Shown one piece after another: positions 1 through 14,590 of a stretch of DNA of 64,000 nucleotides. The position numbers were made by a program, and so were the translations under genes. The stretch covers positions 11,594,001-11,658,000 of the forward strand of contig NW_024704755.1 of NCBI RefSeq assembly GCF_018977255.1, in the 5' to 3' direction. Under the pieces are notes generated by a model. It made no database searches. It was not told the origin of the DNA and was given only the letters and a program-made list of their open reading frames with translations. The DNA is from Callorhinchus milii (Eukaryota). Each line of letters opens with the position of its first letter. The stretch's first letter is position 1.

Positions 1-3000
1 CTGGAAAGCGAGTGGGTTGGTGATTTGAATTTCAACTGGTTTGTTTTAGGATCAAGCAAATAGCATATTTTCCCCTTTTGGTAATAACCATTATTTTCAG
101 GAACGTCAGACATCAGTTGTCTCCATCGTACAGGCCAGGCCGGTTCTTCCAGACTTTTTTCTGAGAAACAAGGAACAAATCACTTCCCATCGTGCAAGTT
201 GGTGCTTGATCCCAAATCTGAAAAAACAGTGTTGACAGATGTGGTTCCAGGCACATTTATGAATCTGTCAAATGAGTTTAATTGCAATGGTAAACGGTGG
301 AGGATTTAGTTAACAATAAGATGATTTAATTATAAATCCTTGCACGAAAATGATCAGGGAAGCGATCATTGTGCAACTGTATACCAAGCATTTATCAGGG
401 TCCAAATTTTGACATCTGTAAATAACATGGAAGAATGTGGTAAGTCCACTGTAAATCACAGAGTGTTCAGTGTTTTATAAGAGATTGCAATCATACCCTT
501 CCTGAAAGCATATCAATTTGTAGTCACTGCCCATGAAACTGTGTTGTACTTCTCAGATAATTCCTGTTTCACTGTTAAGGAATTCCAGTTTGATTGAATT
601 TCTCTGGGGAAACCGTACACTCCAAATGCAGTAGTTTTGAGTAAGAACTGTAAGAGGAAATTATATTGCACATCTTCTGCACACCCCTCATCTCCTCTGT
701 TCCACAATTGACATCCATGCTTTCAGCCACTATGCTCCGAATCTCTGGAACTCCTTGCCTAACTCCCTCTATCTTGCCCCCTCTTTATCCGTCTTAAACC
801 ACACCTGAAGACTTTCTTCCTTGACTGTGCCTTGGTCACCTCCACTCCCTTTCCACCTGTGAGTCAAGCCACCCAACTGTTAAGTTCTCTGAGACGCCAC
901 TCCGTGTGAAGGGTATTGTATAAATGCAAGTGGTTATTGTTGATACTGGGAAATGAAGACAATTATGCAATTAATTTTATTCTGATCGTACTGGTGTGAA
1001 AAATAATTTGTTTCAAAACAGATTGGATGTGGTCATTAAGAAAAATACCACATTTCACAAACGATTTGAGTAATAATTAGTTCTTAATGGGGAGAAAGAT
1101 TCCACCCTGGTCTAGATTTAATTTATTTATGTAGCATTTAAGCATCCAGAATTTGGCAAATAGGTGAATTCAGTCTTCACTTTGAAGTTGGTTGTCTGTA
1201 TTTCTTAGAAACAAATGAGAAAACATTAAGCTAGCTTCAAAATTAATGCTGTATGTAAGAAATTGCCAAATTCTGGAATATAGTTTCTCCCCCAACATTG
1301 TATCCTTTTGTTATTTGGAATGTACCTGTGGATAGATCTGCACATTTTCTAAAATGTTTGCACAAAGTGCCTATTTTCTAATCTAACTTATTTCCTCAGA
1401 TTGGGCTTGAGACCTTACTGTCAAGAGAAATGAATCTGAGTGTTGAACAGTGGACAGAGCCAGAAGCAATTCAGTTCTGACACAATGCACACCTGGAGGC
1501 TTCTCACGCCAAGGACTAGACTCCAGCTGTTTTCAGGGCTTTTTTAAAAAAAAAATTCAAATTCTTCTTTAAATGCCGGTTTCAACTTGCCTTAATAGTT
1601 CTCCAAAAGGAATATCAGAAGGGAACAGCAGCAAGTATCAACAACCTGTTCACAATTCAAATAAAACACCTTAACTCTGTAGTGCTCTGTAGGTACTACA
1701 ACAACAACAACTTGCATTTATATAGCATCCTTCACGCCTCACTGAGCAGAATGTATCACACTGGAAGTGACTGCTGACACCTCGGCAATAATGCAGTAAG
1801 CCCAAATATGGGGTCCGTAAATCAAACATCAACTCAATGTCAGAATAGGGTGAGTTATTTTATTATTGATAAAAGGATTAATAATTGTCTCCTCTCTTTG
1901 CAAGAAGCAATTTGACTCATCTTTTCAGTCTGTTGTTTTACGAGATTTTATGAGATTATGGCTGCCAGCTTCCTCTGGAACCTCACTCAACTTTCCAGTA
2001 TCTGTGTGCAATCCTCGCCAGGAAATGCTGGAAGGCTATGAAGATGGAGGAGGATATCACAGTCAAGACCTATCAAGTCTGCACCACCAACAACAACAAC
2101 AATTTGCATTTTATAGCGCCCTTCACGCAATGTCTCGGAACGCTTAAAGACAGCAGACATCTGAATAGTGATCAGCAGTGGGGAGCTATTCGAATTCCCC
2201 CCGTCCAACCCCCCACCCCTCCACCCAGCCTTGGTGATCTAAGGACATTTGTTGCATCCTGGTTACAATTGTATCCTAGCTCAGATTAGCAAGGACTAGG
2301 AGATGCCTCGTGACCTTCTCCGTGGTACAGCTTGGTGCTACACTGGGTGGTGTCTTTACCCATTAGTCATCTGACAGCCAAATGTAATTAACTAGACAAT
2401 GCCTCCTAATCCATTGTTTTTATACCCCAGTATCTCTTCACATTTTTGCATCAATAATCCTTCCAAAGTGCTTCGAAGTACAAAGGAGACTGACTGTGTA
2501 TTTTGTGGTTGAACCGTCAGCCAATTTGCACACAGCAATGTCCCACAATCACATATCCAATGACACCTGTACGTTACCCGCACCGAGTCTGTTTATTACT
2601 GCAGTGAAATAAAGTATAAAAAATATTAAGAGTCTTGTGAATTTTTTTCTGTAGCATATAGAGTTCGCACACAGTGACTCTTTCCCCTTCCCATAAGATA
2701 TCAATTTGGAGTCATATTGAAATAGGCATTGAAAGATCCAACGCCTCTAGTGTGAGGCAACTGTAAATGTTTTCAAAGTGATAACAGGTTCTACTCCTTT
2801 GGCTGGAAAATGTATGGATTTAAATTTTTATGGAGACACTGAAAGGGTGGGAACACCTGTTCACAGGCTCTTGTGACCTATGTGAGAAAATTACTTTGAA
2901 TGCATTTAAAGTGCAGATTAAACCGTTGTTTTTTTTACAGTGGTTATCAATGAGTTTATTTTTTTAAAAATCTTAAAATATACATTCATTTAATCTCAAA

Positions 3001-6000
3001 CAATGGTGCTGCTGTTACAATTGGCCTTGTTGTCTCTAAGCTAGAGAGGAGGAAATAATTGAAGGTTGTCTGCCTTTTATGACCCCCCCACCCCTCCCAG
3101 CCCCCGCATAAATAAATTACAATTCTTTTTTGTTTATCAAATGATCTCAATGCTTTTCAGAATTTTGCACCGATAAGGAATTAGGGCAAACCCTGCGTTC
3201 ACTAAAACCACTGTCCATATTGGTGCCTTATAATAGAGAGCATCATGTGAATAAATAACTTGAGAATGTAAGAAAAAGCCATTCAACATTTTTTCTGCAA
3301 CATTTAGAGTTCTCATAGAATGACTCGCTCCCCTTCCCATAAGATACCGATTTTCATTCGTATTGAAAAATGTCAGTACCTCCCACACCCCCTCCCCCCC
3401 TACCCCCCACAAGATCCAACACCTCTGGTGTGAGGCAGCTGTGAATGTCTCCAAAATGTCCCCAAAAGACATGTTGGAAATCTCCTAAATTTAACCATAA
3501 GAGACCACCAAGCGTATGTAGATTAAGGGGTAACAGTTTTGCTCAACATTATATGTTCACAAAATACATTCGTCGGTTACCCAATAAATTGACCCCAACC
3601 CATTCCTCACAAGGTCACAAAATCACAAGAGATGTTTAGTTGAAGCAGATCCTTCAGTTCATTTGATCTCATCCTTCCAAAATGTCCATCCCACCATCCT
3701 CTCATCACAGTATCAAGTTCTTTTTCAAATGAGTCTTTTACAGACCATTTAAATCAGCCATGTTGTGGATTCTCCCAAATATATTTAATATTTTATTTAA
3801 TGTAAAGCTTTGAACAATTTTACACAAGAGACTAACATTGCATCCAATAGATGCAATTCATACTGATTATTATTATACCTGCAATAACCCTTCTTTACAC
3901 ATGTCAGGACATGCACTCAAGTAACTCAATGTGACATTTAATGGGGATTGTGGGAATAATGTAAATAATAGCATTACTAAAGTGCTTGGATCTGGTTACT
4001 CTGTTCCACACATGAATTAGACATGTGGCTATAGCTAATGCTTGCAGGTGGTTTACACCCTCACCAGTCAAACATACCAGATCCTCTTGTGGTTATATTC
4101 ATTAGAGTAAGAAAGGTGAGCTTCTCACAATTGTAGAGTGAGACCCAGTGCAGGCAATCTAGTCTTAAAGATATGTTGAGATCTCCTAAATTTAACAACA
4201 AGAAAACCACTAAGTGTATGTAGATTAACAACAACAACAACAACTTGGATTTATATAGCGCCCTCCATCCCGGACTGCGTCTTAAAGTTATATCCTTACA
4301 AAATACAGTAGACAGATACCCGGTTACATTGAGGGAATTCTTCCACAGTTGAAACATTCAGAAAGGAATTTAACTAACTTATTCCTGATCCAGCAGAGAT
4401 TAGAGGAATGATGACAAAAGATGTTCAGTGCAGGAACTGAAACACAGATCAGTGACTTATACTGGAATCTTTTTGTTTGATATAGCACCTCATCTCACTG
4501 TCAAACTTTTCACAGTTACTGTAAAATTTAGTCACTGTGCATTTGTAGACAAAAGTGGCAGCCTATTTGCACAACCCACAAACAGCCACGAATGACCATC
4601 TAGTACTACCAAATGAACCAAGGTCGATTCCTGGTCTGTGTTGAGTTAGCTGGTCTCATTCGAAGCAGCAGGTAGGGTGGTAGAATTAAAATGACCTCTT
4701 TTGTGTGAGAGAAGGGGAACCAGCAATACTTGTCCTGCTTCTAAACACTTTCAAGAATTCTATTGTATGGATCTACAGAATAGGATTGAGTTCAGTTATG
4801 ATGCCCTTCAGAGTCAAATATCCTTCCACCCATTCCATCCATTGTGCTCTTGCCAGTGCTTGTCCCACATACGCAAATGTCATAATCCAGGGTGATACTA
4901 TAGGCTCAAGGCCAAATGCTTCTCTCTGAATAATTTGCTTCACACCTTGTCGAAACTATTTTGAAAAGTCCAATCCCAGTCATTCCGAGGTTAACACATC
5001 CCATGTCTGGTTGGCATGTGCATGCACTTGCAGTTCTTCTGGCTTATGTCCTAGCCAGACTCTCACAAAGGTGTGTCACTCTTCCAGTGACTAATTGCTT
5101 AGCTAGGTTTCGATCTGCAGTAGAGGAAGCTTGCAAGAGCTAATGAGAAGGACGGAAAAACGCTTAAAGAGCATCAGAAAGACTCCCCTCCGTTAAACGT
5201 TAGATAAATGTTGAATTCCCATCAAAATGAGTGTCTGTGTTTTGTTTTGAAAGTTTATCCTACTTAAAAAATTGAAGGTGTCGTTTTATTCGTGGCTTTC
5301 ATCCGCAAGTCATCAGGTTTTCAATTATAAATGCTGGCAATGCTCAGAGCTCCAGACACTTATCTACAACTAGTTTGAAGTTGCTCCAAAGAATTTGGTT
5401 CATTTTGAATTAATATTCGCAGCTTTGCTCCTCCAAACATCATATGCTTTTGTTTTGGGCAACACAACCCCTCCTCGATGTACTCCCGTACATTGCTGCA
5501 AGAGGTGAATGAACAAAGCAGTCTTTGAGAATGTTTTTGGTGATCTAATCCACACTTCTGAATCCTGGAGCCAGTGGTGTTCCAGTAACAAAATCACTAT
5601 TTTCTTTGTGAAAGCCACTGGTAATTTAGAAACGGAATCATAATAATCCTTGCATTTAATATAGAGCCTCAGCATATTGCCAATACGTCTCAAAACTCTT
5701 CACATGATTTTACTGTGAAAGGTGGTGTCTGTGTAAGTGTTGGTGAAATATGTCAGAAAATGTGATGTAGTGGGGATTTCCTTTGACACCTGAAAATAAA
5801 GTGGTACAATAGCAGGGGCACAACATTCATTATAATAACAAATTAGGAACGAGCATAGTATCCCAGACTAGGGAGAGGAAAACATGTATCCAGGATAGAT
5901 ACTTGGGAAGGTATCGGAGGGCTGTCAGTGCCCATAGTGCTGTAACCCAGGGCCTCGGAGAGAGGCAGAATCTTTTCAGAGAGTAGAGAAGAACAACAAA

Positions 6001-7896
6001 CACAAACCAAAACAGTAACTCAGACCCATTCATGAAGGCTATTGGAATTACCATAGTGGTCAGGTTTACAAGACTCATTTGGGCACAACAAACACTTTGG
6101 TTCCATACCGAAAGTAACCACTCAATAAATGATTCACTACATTATCAGTAATAACCCACACAGGCTCAAGCAAATTGTTGTCTACGAATCTATCAGCGAG
6201 CATTGCACTTAATCCTTCAATTCACATGTGGCAAGTAGGAAATGTGCTATAGGCTCTCCTAAATCAATTAATGATAAGAGACTCCACTGGAGGGGCCTGA
6301 CTATAAAACATATGGTGGATGATTTCTCAATTCAGGCTGTTTGCTTGAATTATCATTGCTTCGAAGTGTACATCTTTGATGATAATTGCTGTTATTCAGA
6401 ATTCTGACTGCAATTGAACTGTTGTTTTCTTCCAGTCAGAACATGAGTTTACTGTTATTTGTACTGTATTCGTTTCTAATTTGTTATTGAAATGGATGCT
6501 ATGAAACAGCTATTATTCCAAATGAGCTTGTTTGTTACACTAGGTCACTTGTCCTGCTATGATATCCTAAAGCAAAGATCCATTAGCATCTAAGATCCAA
6601 TACCTTAGAGGCAAACAAATCAGCTTCCAACCAACTATTAATCTGATGAACAAAAACTGATAAAAAAAACATAGTTTCTTTGTTCAATGGTATTTTTAAC
6701 AAAATAAGTTTTGGAGTCACTCAAATTTAATTCTTTTGTACATTTAAATCTTTTAAACATTGCTGTGAATAATGAAACTGAAATTCTTCTCCGTTTTCTC
6801 CTCTAATAAAGGCTGAAACTTCAGTGCACAGTCAGATAACTTTATGCGGGCCAATTAACTGAAAAATAGATATTTAGCTTTTGAAAGACTCTTATTAATG
6901 GAAATCCAATGAGAAAGTGATGTGCAAAGGATCAAAACTGTAAATTTGCTTCAAAGCTAATATTGACACTGGAACCCTGAGTAGTTGGAACAATGTCCCA
7001 ATTGTCGGCTAATAATAATCTTTGCATTTGATTTAGTGTCTTTCACGTAAGATTGATGTCTCAAAACGTTTTATCTTAATGATGGTGAATATTTGTAGGC
7101 AAACACAGCAGCCAATTTGCACACCATAATGTCCCACATAGTAAACCATGAAGTGAATGGCCAATTTTATTTGGGGGATTGTTGGCCAGGACACCAGAAG
7201 AAACTACCTCCTGTTTTCGTGTAGTGCCGTAGGATCTTTAATGTTCACCTGGACAGGCAAACAGGGACGTGGATTAATAAAAACAAGTAAATAACGGCGA
7301 ACAGGTATCAATTGGAAGGTTGTCCTGTTCCCACCACCTCCTGACGCAATGCTACCTCCAACAGCTGAAGCAATATACTCAAACTGCAAGTGCAAATAAT
7401 AGTGTGTAAAAATGAAGTGAATTATTGAACCTTAACTCTCCATATGTTAGACCATTCTTTGGTTCCACACCTTACTCATGTACTCTACATGTAACAATTG
7501 ATCAATAAAACCTAAGATGAATATCAAATGGGGAAAGATAACAGAATTACAACATCCTGTTGCATTGCATCATTTCTCGAGAGCAAATTTTATTGCTGGT
7601 TGTATTCAGTCTGAAAAACATGTTTAGAAATTCTTCGACAATTCAGTAAAATGAGTTAACACAGAGGCACTGAGTTACAAAGGCTGACTGTCATATTTTT
7701 TTGTGGATGAATATGGCAGACAATTTGCACCCAGTAGGGTTCCACAAACAGCCATGAAGTTAATGACCAATTTTATCCAGGGGGTTGGTGGCCAAGACAT
7801 TGCAAGAACATCTTTTTCCTTTTTAAGTTGTACCATGGGAACTTTAATATCCACTTGAATGGGACCTCGGTTTAAAATCTCACGTGAAGTATGTTA

Positions 7897-8232
7897 AATA
7901 ATAATAATAATAATAATAATCCTTACATTTGATATAGCGCTTTTCACATCGGGAGGACGTCCCAAAGCGCTTCACAGAACACACTGTAAAGTAAATTGAC
8001 TGTATATTTGTGGGCGAACGCGGCAGCCAATTGCGCACAGCAATGTCCCACAAACAGTCGTAGATTGAAAATGACCAATTTATTATTGTTTTTGGTTTTT
8101 GGAGGGATTATTATTATTAGGCTCTGTGTGGAGTAAGGAAACTTGCCCAAGGTTTCGCCCTCTGCCTGGAATTGAGCTCAGGTCTCTCGCTTGCAAAGCG
8201 AGTGCTCTAACCACTGAGCTACAGGACTCCAC
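7897..8232 (-). mobile_element. Young tRNA-derived SINE, full length, (ATT)n tail, inserted into an older Deu-SINE
   Basis: tRNA-like head GGAGTCCTGTAGCTCAGTGGTTAGAGCAC (A box) and GCTCAATTCC (B-box-like); L2-like 3' end; apparent TSD ATGTTA at 7891 and 8233. Confidence 0.88.
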
Positions 8233-9217
8233 ATGTTACCTCCAATAAAGAAGCACCCACCTAGCAATGCATTGGAGTGTTCGTCCCCCTACATGAGTTC
8301 AAAGTTCCGACTTGGGCTTGAACCCAAGTGGGAACCTTCTGATTCAGAGGTGAGAGTGCGAGCAACAGAGCCAAGTTTACACCTAAACACAATGAACTCA
8401 TACACCCCATGGAAACTTGGAGGAGTCTTTACCTTGTGGAATTTTTGACCTTTTAAATAGCAGTAGCCCAGCTAAGGGCAAACAGAATTACTGGCCTTAT
8501 TCTCCTGCGTACATTACCAAAACCTAGGTAGAGCCAAACCAAGCCTGAGCTAATGAGTTGGTTTGGTACCAAGATATATAATAAGTAATTGCTCTTTGCT
8601 CTTAATAAAATAAATAGGAAGCAGGGTGCATTGACACCCCTCTTACATTATTTCCATTTGACAGTCATGTTGTGGGGATGATTCTTCCGGTGGGAATAGT
8701 GATCAGCCCAAATATAATGTGGGCTGCAGAAACCTGGGCTAATTTCATGTGACTATTTGTGTGTTCAACCTCATGGTTAGTAAAACTTCTGAAACTGTGC
8801 CACTCAAGGGAGTTTGATAACTGAGTCATCCAGCAGCTGCTTTGAAAAAAGATAATAAAGGCAAGGCCTCACCCAGTCTATACAGGTGGGACCCAATTAA
8901 GTGCTTAGAGCGGTTTAAAAATTAACCCCCTCCATTCACTCCATCCCATAGTTGTGGGTTGTTCCCTCTATTGATTAGCGCTGCCAAACTTGCTGAAGAG
9001 GATGTTTAATGATTGACTTTCCAAAATGAAACATTTACTGTATAGAGCTTTTCAGCCACACAGCCTTCCCAAACCAGCCTTTCGTATCTGACTTCTCCAG
9101 CATTGGAACCTTGAAAATGTAATAAGTGAACATTCAGCTGGGACTGCAGTCTTACCAGGAAGATTGGGCAAATATTAACCACTGTCTCGCGAACCTTTCA
9201 AAGGTCTTTAACCCCTT

Positions 9218-9524
9218 CAGTGGTTAGAGCACTCGCCTCGCAAGCGAGAGACCTGGGTTCAATTCCCAGCAGGGTGAAACCTTGGGCAAGTTTCCTTACT
9301 CCACCCCCCTGATAATAATCCCTCAAGGAAAAAACCCAATGATAATTTGGTCTCTCAATCCACGACTGTTTGTGGGATACTGCTGTGCGCAATTGGCTCC
9401 CATGTTTCGCCCACAAAATATACAGTCAATTCACTTTACAGTATATTCTGTGAAGCGCTTTGCGACGTCTAAAAGACGTGAAAAGCACTATATCAAATGC
9501 AAGGATTATTATTTTATTATTATT
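9218..9524 (+). mobile_element. Young tRNA-derived SINE
   Basis: CAGTGGTTAGAGCACTCGCC...GGGTTCAATTCCC head, shared core, CAAATGCAAGGATTATTATT tail. Confidence 0.85.
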
Positions 9525-11653
9525 GTTTCCGGGACGTCTTACCATGTTCTGAGCAAATGTGTTGGATATGCTAATGTCAAATTAATTTAACGTCAATTTC
9601 ACAGAAGATTTCGCAACGCATGGAAGAATTTCTGAAAAGACACAGAAGCAATCTGCCACGTTGGATTTTGTTTCCTGTCCTTGGAAATGCTACTTCTGTA
9701 CACTCCAGTAAAGGTTAATCTCAGCTCAAAAGCTGGCTTTTACCGGATGGAAGAAAATGGATGTTTTTGCCTTAGATTTCATGAGCACAAATAAGCAAAT
9801 TAGAAGGGAGGAGCAGAGTGAATCGTATTAAATTCCATCTCCAGCGCTAACCGGCAGTGGATACTGATTAGACAAATTAATTGTCCCAATGGTGGGCCTT
9901 ATTTGCTTAAAACAATTTATGCTGAAAATGCAAATACAAGAGGAGCAAATACAGGAAGTGCTGTACGTTTTACACGTAACAGGCTGAGCTAATCCCAACA
10001 TTAAGTTTAGTAATCAAAACACCCTCAAAACACACAGTCACTGGACTTTGTAGTATATTTTGTGAAGTGCTTTGGAACTTTCTAATGTGCAAAGCGCTAT
10101 AACAAATGAAAGGATTATTGTTATTATCATTATTAATAATGTTAGCAAACTATTTGCGTTTATGGTTGTAGTATAATTTCCCATTTATTTTGAACCTAAA
10201 CATTTGCTAGCAATTAGCAAACAACGAGTGCTAGACCTTTCCCTCAATGCCCTGAGATATCCAGGCATAAACAGGATTGACTCTTCACGAATCCCCAAAT
10301 TAGACCCCAAATTCTGTACTAAGGGAATGTTTGCTCTGGCACAAATGTACACAGTCATATATTCCAAAGTACTTTCTCAATGGGAGCAATAAAACAAATG
10401 GCCAAGATATCTTTCCACGAGACTTCTGTTATAACAATAACTTGCATTTATATAGCACCCTTTGCGTAAGATAACGTCTCATTATGCTTTACAACGATGT
10501 GGGGAACACAGAACAGGGGAGGAGGGAAAAGGGGGGAGGGTAAGCATGGGCATGGTTGAAGAGGTAGGTTTAAAGCAGCATTTAAAGACAAATTGGGGAG
10601 TGGGCAGGTGGAGTGGGAGGGGGATAGAGTTGCAAATGTTAGGGGTTCAGAAGCACTTGCCATGAATATAGATTTGAACACAAATAGTTTTAGGATGCCA
10701 TTCCCCTATCCTTCTCTCAGACAGCTATTTAATTGAATAAGAAATACTCCAGTCTGTCACATCTTTAACCAAAACAAAGGCAGGCACACTTTTAAAATGG
10801 TTTAAATTCTTTTTCTTCCCCCACTGCGAATGTTTCTGTTTTGTTATAGGGTTGCATCTCTCTCTGCAGTAGATTTCTGATATTTGTGTTCAAAATGTTT
10901 GCCATAAACAGTGAGAGACTTTCACTTCCTACAATGGAGTGTTCCTACTTCGTAATCCCCCCCAAAAATGAATACAAAATATATAAATAAACAGTTTATA
11001 ACTACAGAAGTTCTCAGGAACTTGGTAATGTTCAAGAGGTTTGATTGCATAACTCATCCACTCCCTGATGTTTGCCTTCAAAAAGTAGTGACTATACTTG
11101 ACAGTAAATACTTCATAGCACTTTGAGAGTTTTAATGGTTTAGGTGCCATATAAATGCAAGACCCTCTTAAAAAGCTATTCTGATTCATGTATTAACTCT
11201 ATGTTAGCCTCCACTTCTGATTTTCTTTTAATGATTGGGAACAATAAATTACTTCTCCATTGAAACACTCAAATAACTGGAGGAAATGACGTTGTCTCAT
11301 ACATTGCTGAGTCTGATAACTGCCCTTAGGCACAAACTAATTTCAACCAATTTCAATCTTAACTGAGATTATGTATAAATATCTTTAATAAATAAAAATG
11401 ATATCAAGGGTGCTAATTAATGTTATAAGGCTGTGTATTAGTGCTTTGAAGTTTCATTTGTATCATTTTAATTTTTGACAATCATCGCAGACCAGATCTA
11501 AGGTCTTTTCTCACTTTCCTTTCTCTTTTCTGTCATTATATTAGTTCAACAGGACTATTTTTATCTTTTGTATTTTTATTCCAAAACAAATTTAAAGTGA
11601 AACAGTTTCATCAGACCAAACCGAATGGTGCAATATGTAAATTGAAAATATGG

Positions 11654-12270
11654 TGTGTCAGCCTGACTCAGTGGTTAGTACTAAGAACAAATCCAGAAGT
11701 CGCTGGAAACACTCAACAGGTCAGACAGCATCTATGGAGAAAGGAAAGTGAGTCAATGTTTCGGGTCCACGACCCTTCGTCAGAACTGGGGCATGTTGGG
11801 AGGGAGAGGCCTGAGTGTTCCCAGCGACATTCTGTTTTTGTTTCAGATTTCCAGCATCTGCAGTATTTTGCGTTTTGTTCAGTGGTTAGTATTCTCGCCT
11901 CCAAGTCAGAAGGTTGTGGGTTCAAGCCCCTTATCAGGACTTGGAATCACAACGTTTAAACTGACACTCCAATGCCGGTTTGGGAGTGCATTGTTGCATT
12001 GTTGGAGGTGCTTCCTTCAGATGAGACTTTAAACCGAGATCCCATCTGCCTGTTCAGGTGGATATTAAACTTCCCATGTCCTGGCCACCAAATCTCCCAA
12101 ATAAAATAGTTGACTATTTTTGGGACACTGCTGTGTGCAATTAGCGGTCATGTTTTGCCCTCAAAATACAGTCAAATCCATTTCACAATATATTCTGTGA
12201 AGTGCTTTGAGACGTCGCAATGACATGATAAGGTGCTGTATCAAAAGGAATTATTATTAGTATTATTATA
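11654..12270 (+). mobile_element. Old Deu-domain SINE (SacSINE1/AmnSINE-like), interrupted by a Penelope-type terminal-repeat fragment
   Basis: Head TGTCAGCCTGACTCAGTGGTTAG...TCAGAAGGTTGTGGGTTCAAGCCC; Deu-like core GATGAGACTTTAAACCGAGATCCCATCTGCCTGTTCAGGTGG. Family named from recalled consensus. Confidence 0.65.
11685..11878. mobile_element. Penelope-like element terminal-repeat fragment
   Basis: GCTGGAAACACTCAACAGGTCAGACAGCATCTATGGAG...GACCCTTCGTCAGAAC and TTTCAGATTTCCAGCATCTGCAGT resemble abundant chondrichthyan Penelope-type termini (recalled, not searched). Confidence 0.5.
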
Positions 12271-14123
12271 ATCTTTAAATTTATGATGAAGATTGAACAC
12301 AACTACAATACAACCACAATTAGCTTCTGATAAGATCAGTTGTCAAATACGTAGAGACTAGCAGATGTACAGTCGTCACATTATAATCCTTTTGTTATCA
12401 TATTGTCGAAGTAATTCACAGGATTTACAATCAGTTTTCGTATCCAGACCATTTATAAAGATTAGAAGAAAAAAACACTGACCATTATGGGACTTTACTG
12501 AAAACTTACTTTCCTTGGCACCTCTCACGAGTCCTCTCTGCTCCCAATTCTAGCTTTGTAATGATCGCTTGGTAAATTTAAACAGTCTGCTGCAAGGCAC
12601 AAAACACTTTGTGATGAAAAGGGGATCATAGTAATAATTACACTTCTGAAAGTCTGCCAACAGTTATGTCTCACTAATCCCACTGGCACTAAATAATTAT
12701 CTGACTGTAATATTGGAAATGATGGTACCTGGAATCTGAGTGGCCCTGTGGCTGACTGATAGCAAATAACTGCATTCCATGGGTTCCACTGCTCCATAAT
12801 GGAGCCCACACAAAAGGCCAGCAAACCACATTCTTGTAAAACTGAACATATAACTCACAACTCAAGGGTGCAAAAGGCTCTTAGAAAGAAAGTAGGAAAA
12901 ACAACATGCTTTTTCATTACACCTTATGTCAAAGCACTTCACAGGATTATACTGTCAAGGGTAGTGACTGTTTCTTTTAGGTTAAAAGCAGCAATGAGGT
13001 GAATTGCTAATTTTATCTGGAGTACCTTTGGTCAGGTCTTTTCGCTTCTCAAATAGTGTTGTGGTATTTTTAACATCCACCTGAAGAGCAGGCAGATGCA
13101 TCTGACATTGTAGCATCCTCCCCAGTACTGCACTGGAATATCAACCGAAACCATGACCTCAAACGGTGAGGTTCACAACCCTGAACCATTGTCAGTGAGA
13201 GTGCCTCCAAATGAGACAAACTAGTCTGTCTGTGATAAGGATGATATCTTCTGTTACGTAAAAAGTAGAAAGCTCCTAATATTGAACACAGTTTGTCTGT
13301 GAGTTCACCTTTACCATAGTGCTTAGCACTTTTGATTACAAAATCAACAACAGCTTGTATTTACTTAGAGTCCTTCAGGCATGATAGCTTCTCAGAACCC
13401 CTCCAGTTAGAAAGTGAAGAATTATTTTGTCTGCTATTAATAACCATTGGAGTTGGAACTGCAAGAAACTAGTTGTAAATTCAGTTAGTGAAGATAAAAT
13501 AAACAAAAGAATACAGGTCTCACTCTACGTTTTAACTTGGACTTTAATATTGTCCACCCCAAACTAGAATGTTTATTCCATTAACCAGAGGTGAGAGTTC
13601 TACCAACTGAGCAATGCTGCCCACCTACTGACGCAGTGCAAAGTCTCTCCCTCTTTACACAGGCAGGATTATACGTTCTTGGAACTAAATGCAGGAGGGA
13701 TAAATTGTTCATTTCCCTCTTTCATTATCTGGGCTTTTTTCTTCCGTATGCCTTAATCCTATGTTTAGACTTTACACACTGCTTTGTTCGGGCTGCTAGG
13801 TTGCAGTGACAATTTTTCCTGCCAAGAACCATAAGTGGGTGGATCGTGTTACTAAACTCTGGGTAGTTGTCATCTATAGTGTTAATATGACAGGAGCCAA
13901 ATTGAATTCATGTAAGTTTCTTCAGCAGAAATATAAATTTGGCTCAACTTGGAACAAATTTGTGTTCAGTTCTGCTTAGAGTTAACGGCAGGCTGGCGGC
14001 GAACTGGACAGTCCAGTTTTGAGCAGGTTTCCCCACTAAGAAAAAATCTCTTGTGTTATGTTATGCTATCATTCAGGCAACCAACTGACTATTGACAAGT
14101 GTTAGTGTCAGCTGACATGTAAG

Positions 14124-14590
14124 TGTCATCCTGGCTCAGTTGGTAGCGCCTTTGCCTCTAAGTCAGAAGGTTGCGGTTTCAAACACTACATCATGACTCT
14201 GAACTCACATAGTTTGGGGCTAGGCTGACACTCAAACAAGCGCTTGGAGAGTGCTACAATGTTGGACCTTCAGATGAGTCAATAAAGTGAGGTCATGTTC
14301 AGGTGTACGTTAAAGATCCCGTGGCGCTATTCGAAAAGAGATGGAAGATTTTCAGGTGTCCTGGTTAAGAATTCCCCAAATAAAATCACTCACTGTTTGT
14401 CAAAAGACTGTTTGTGGGACACTGCCATGTGCAATCAGCTGCCGAGTGCCACCCACAAAATACACAGTCACACTTTACACAAAGTGTTTACACAAATACA
14501 CACTTTATTCTGATTTATTCTGCAAAGCACTTTGAGACATCTGAATAATGTGATGAGGCTCAAATGCAAGGATTATTATTATTATTATAA
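14124..14590 (+). mobile_element. Old Deu-domain SINE
   Basis: TGTCATCCTGGCTCAGTTGGTAGC head, GTTAAAGATCCCGTGGCGCTATTCGAA core, ATT tail. Confidence 0.7.

Noticed and set aside
7944-8150. Recurrent short ORFs of the type MGKFPYST.../...KCKDYYY
   Set aside because: Incidental translations of the SINE body, recurring wherever the SINE is inserted.
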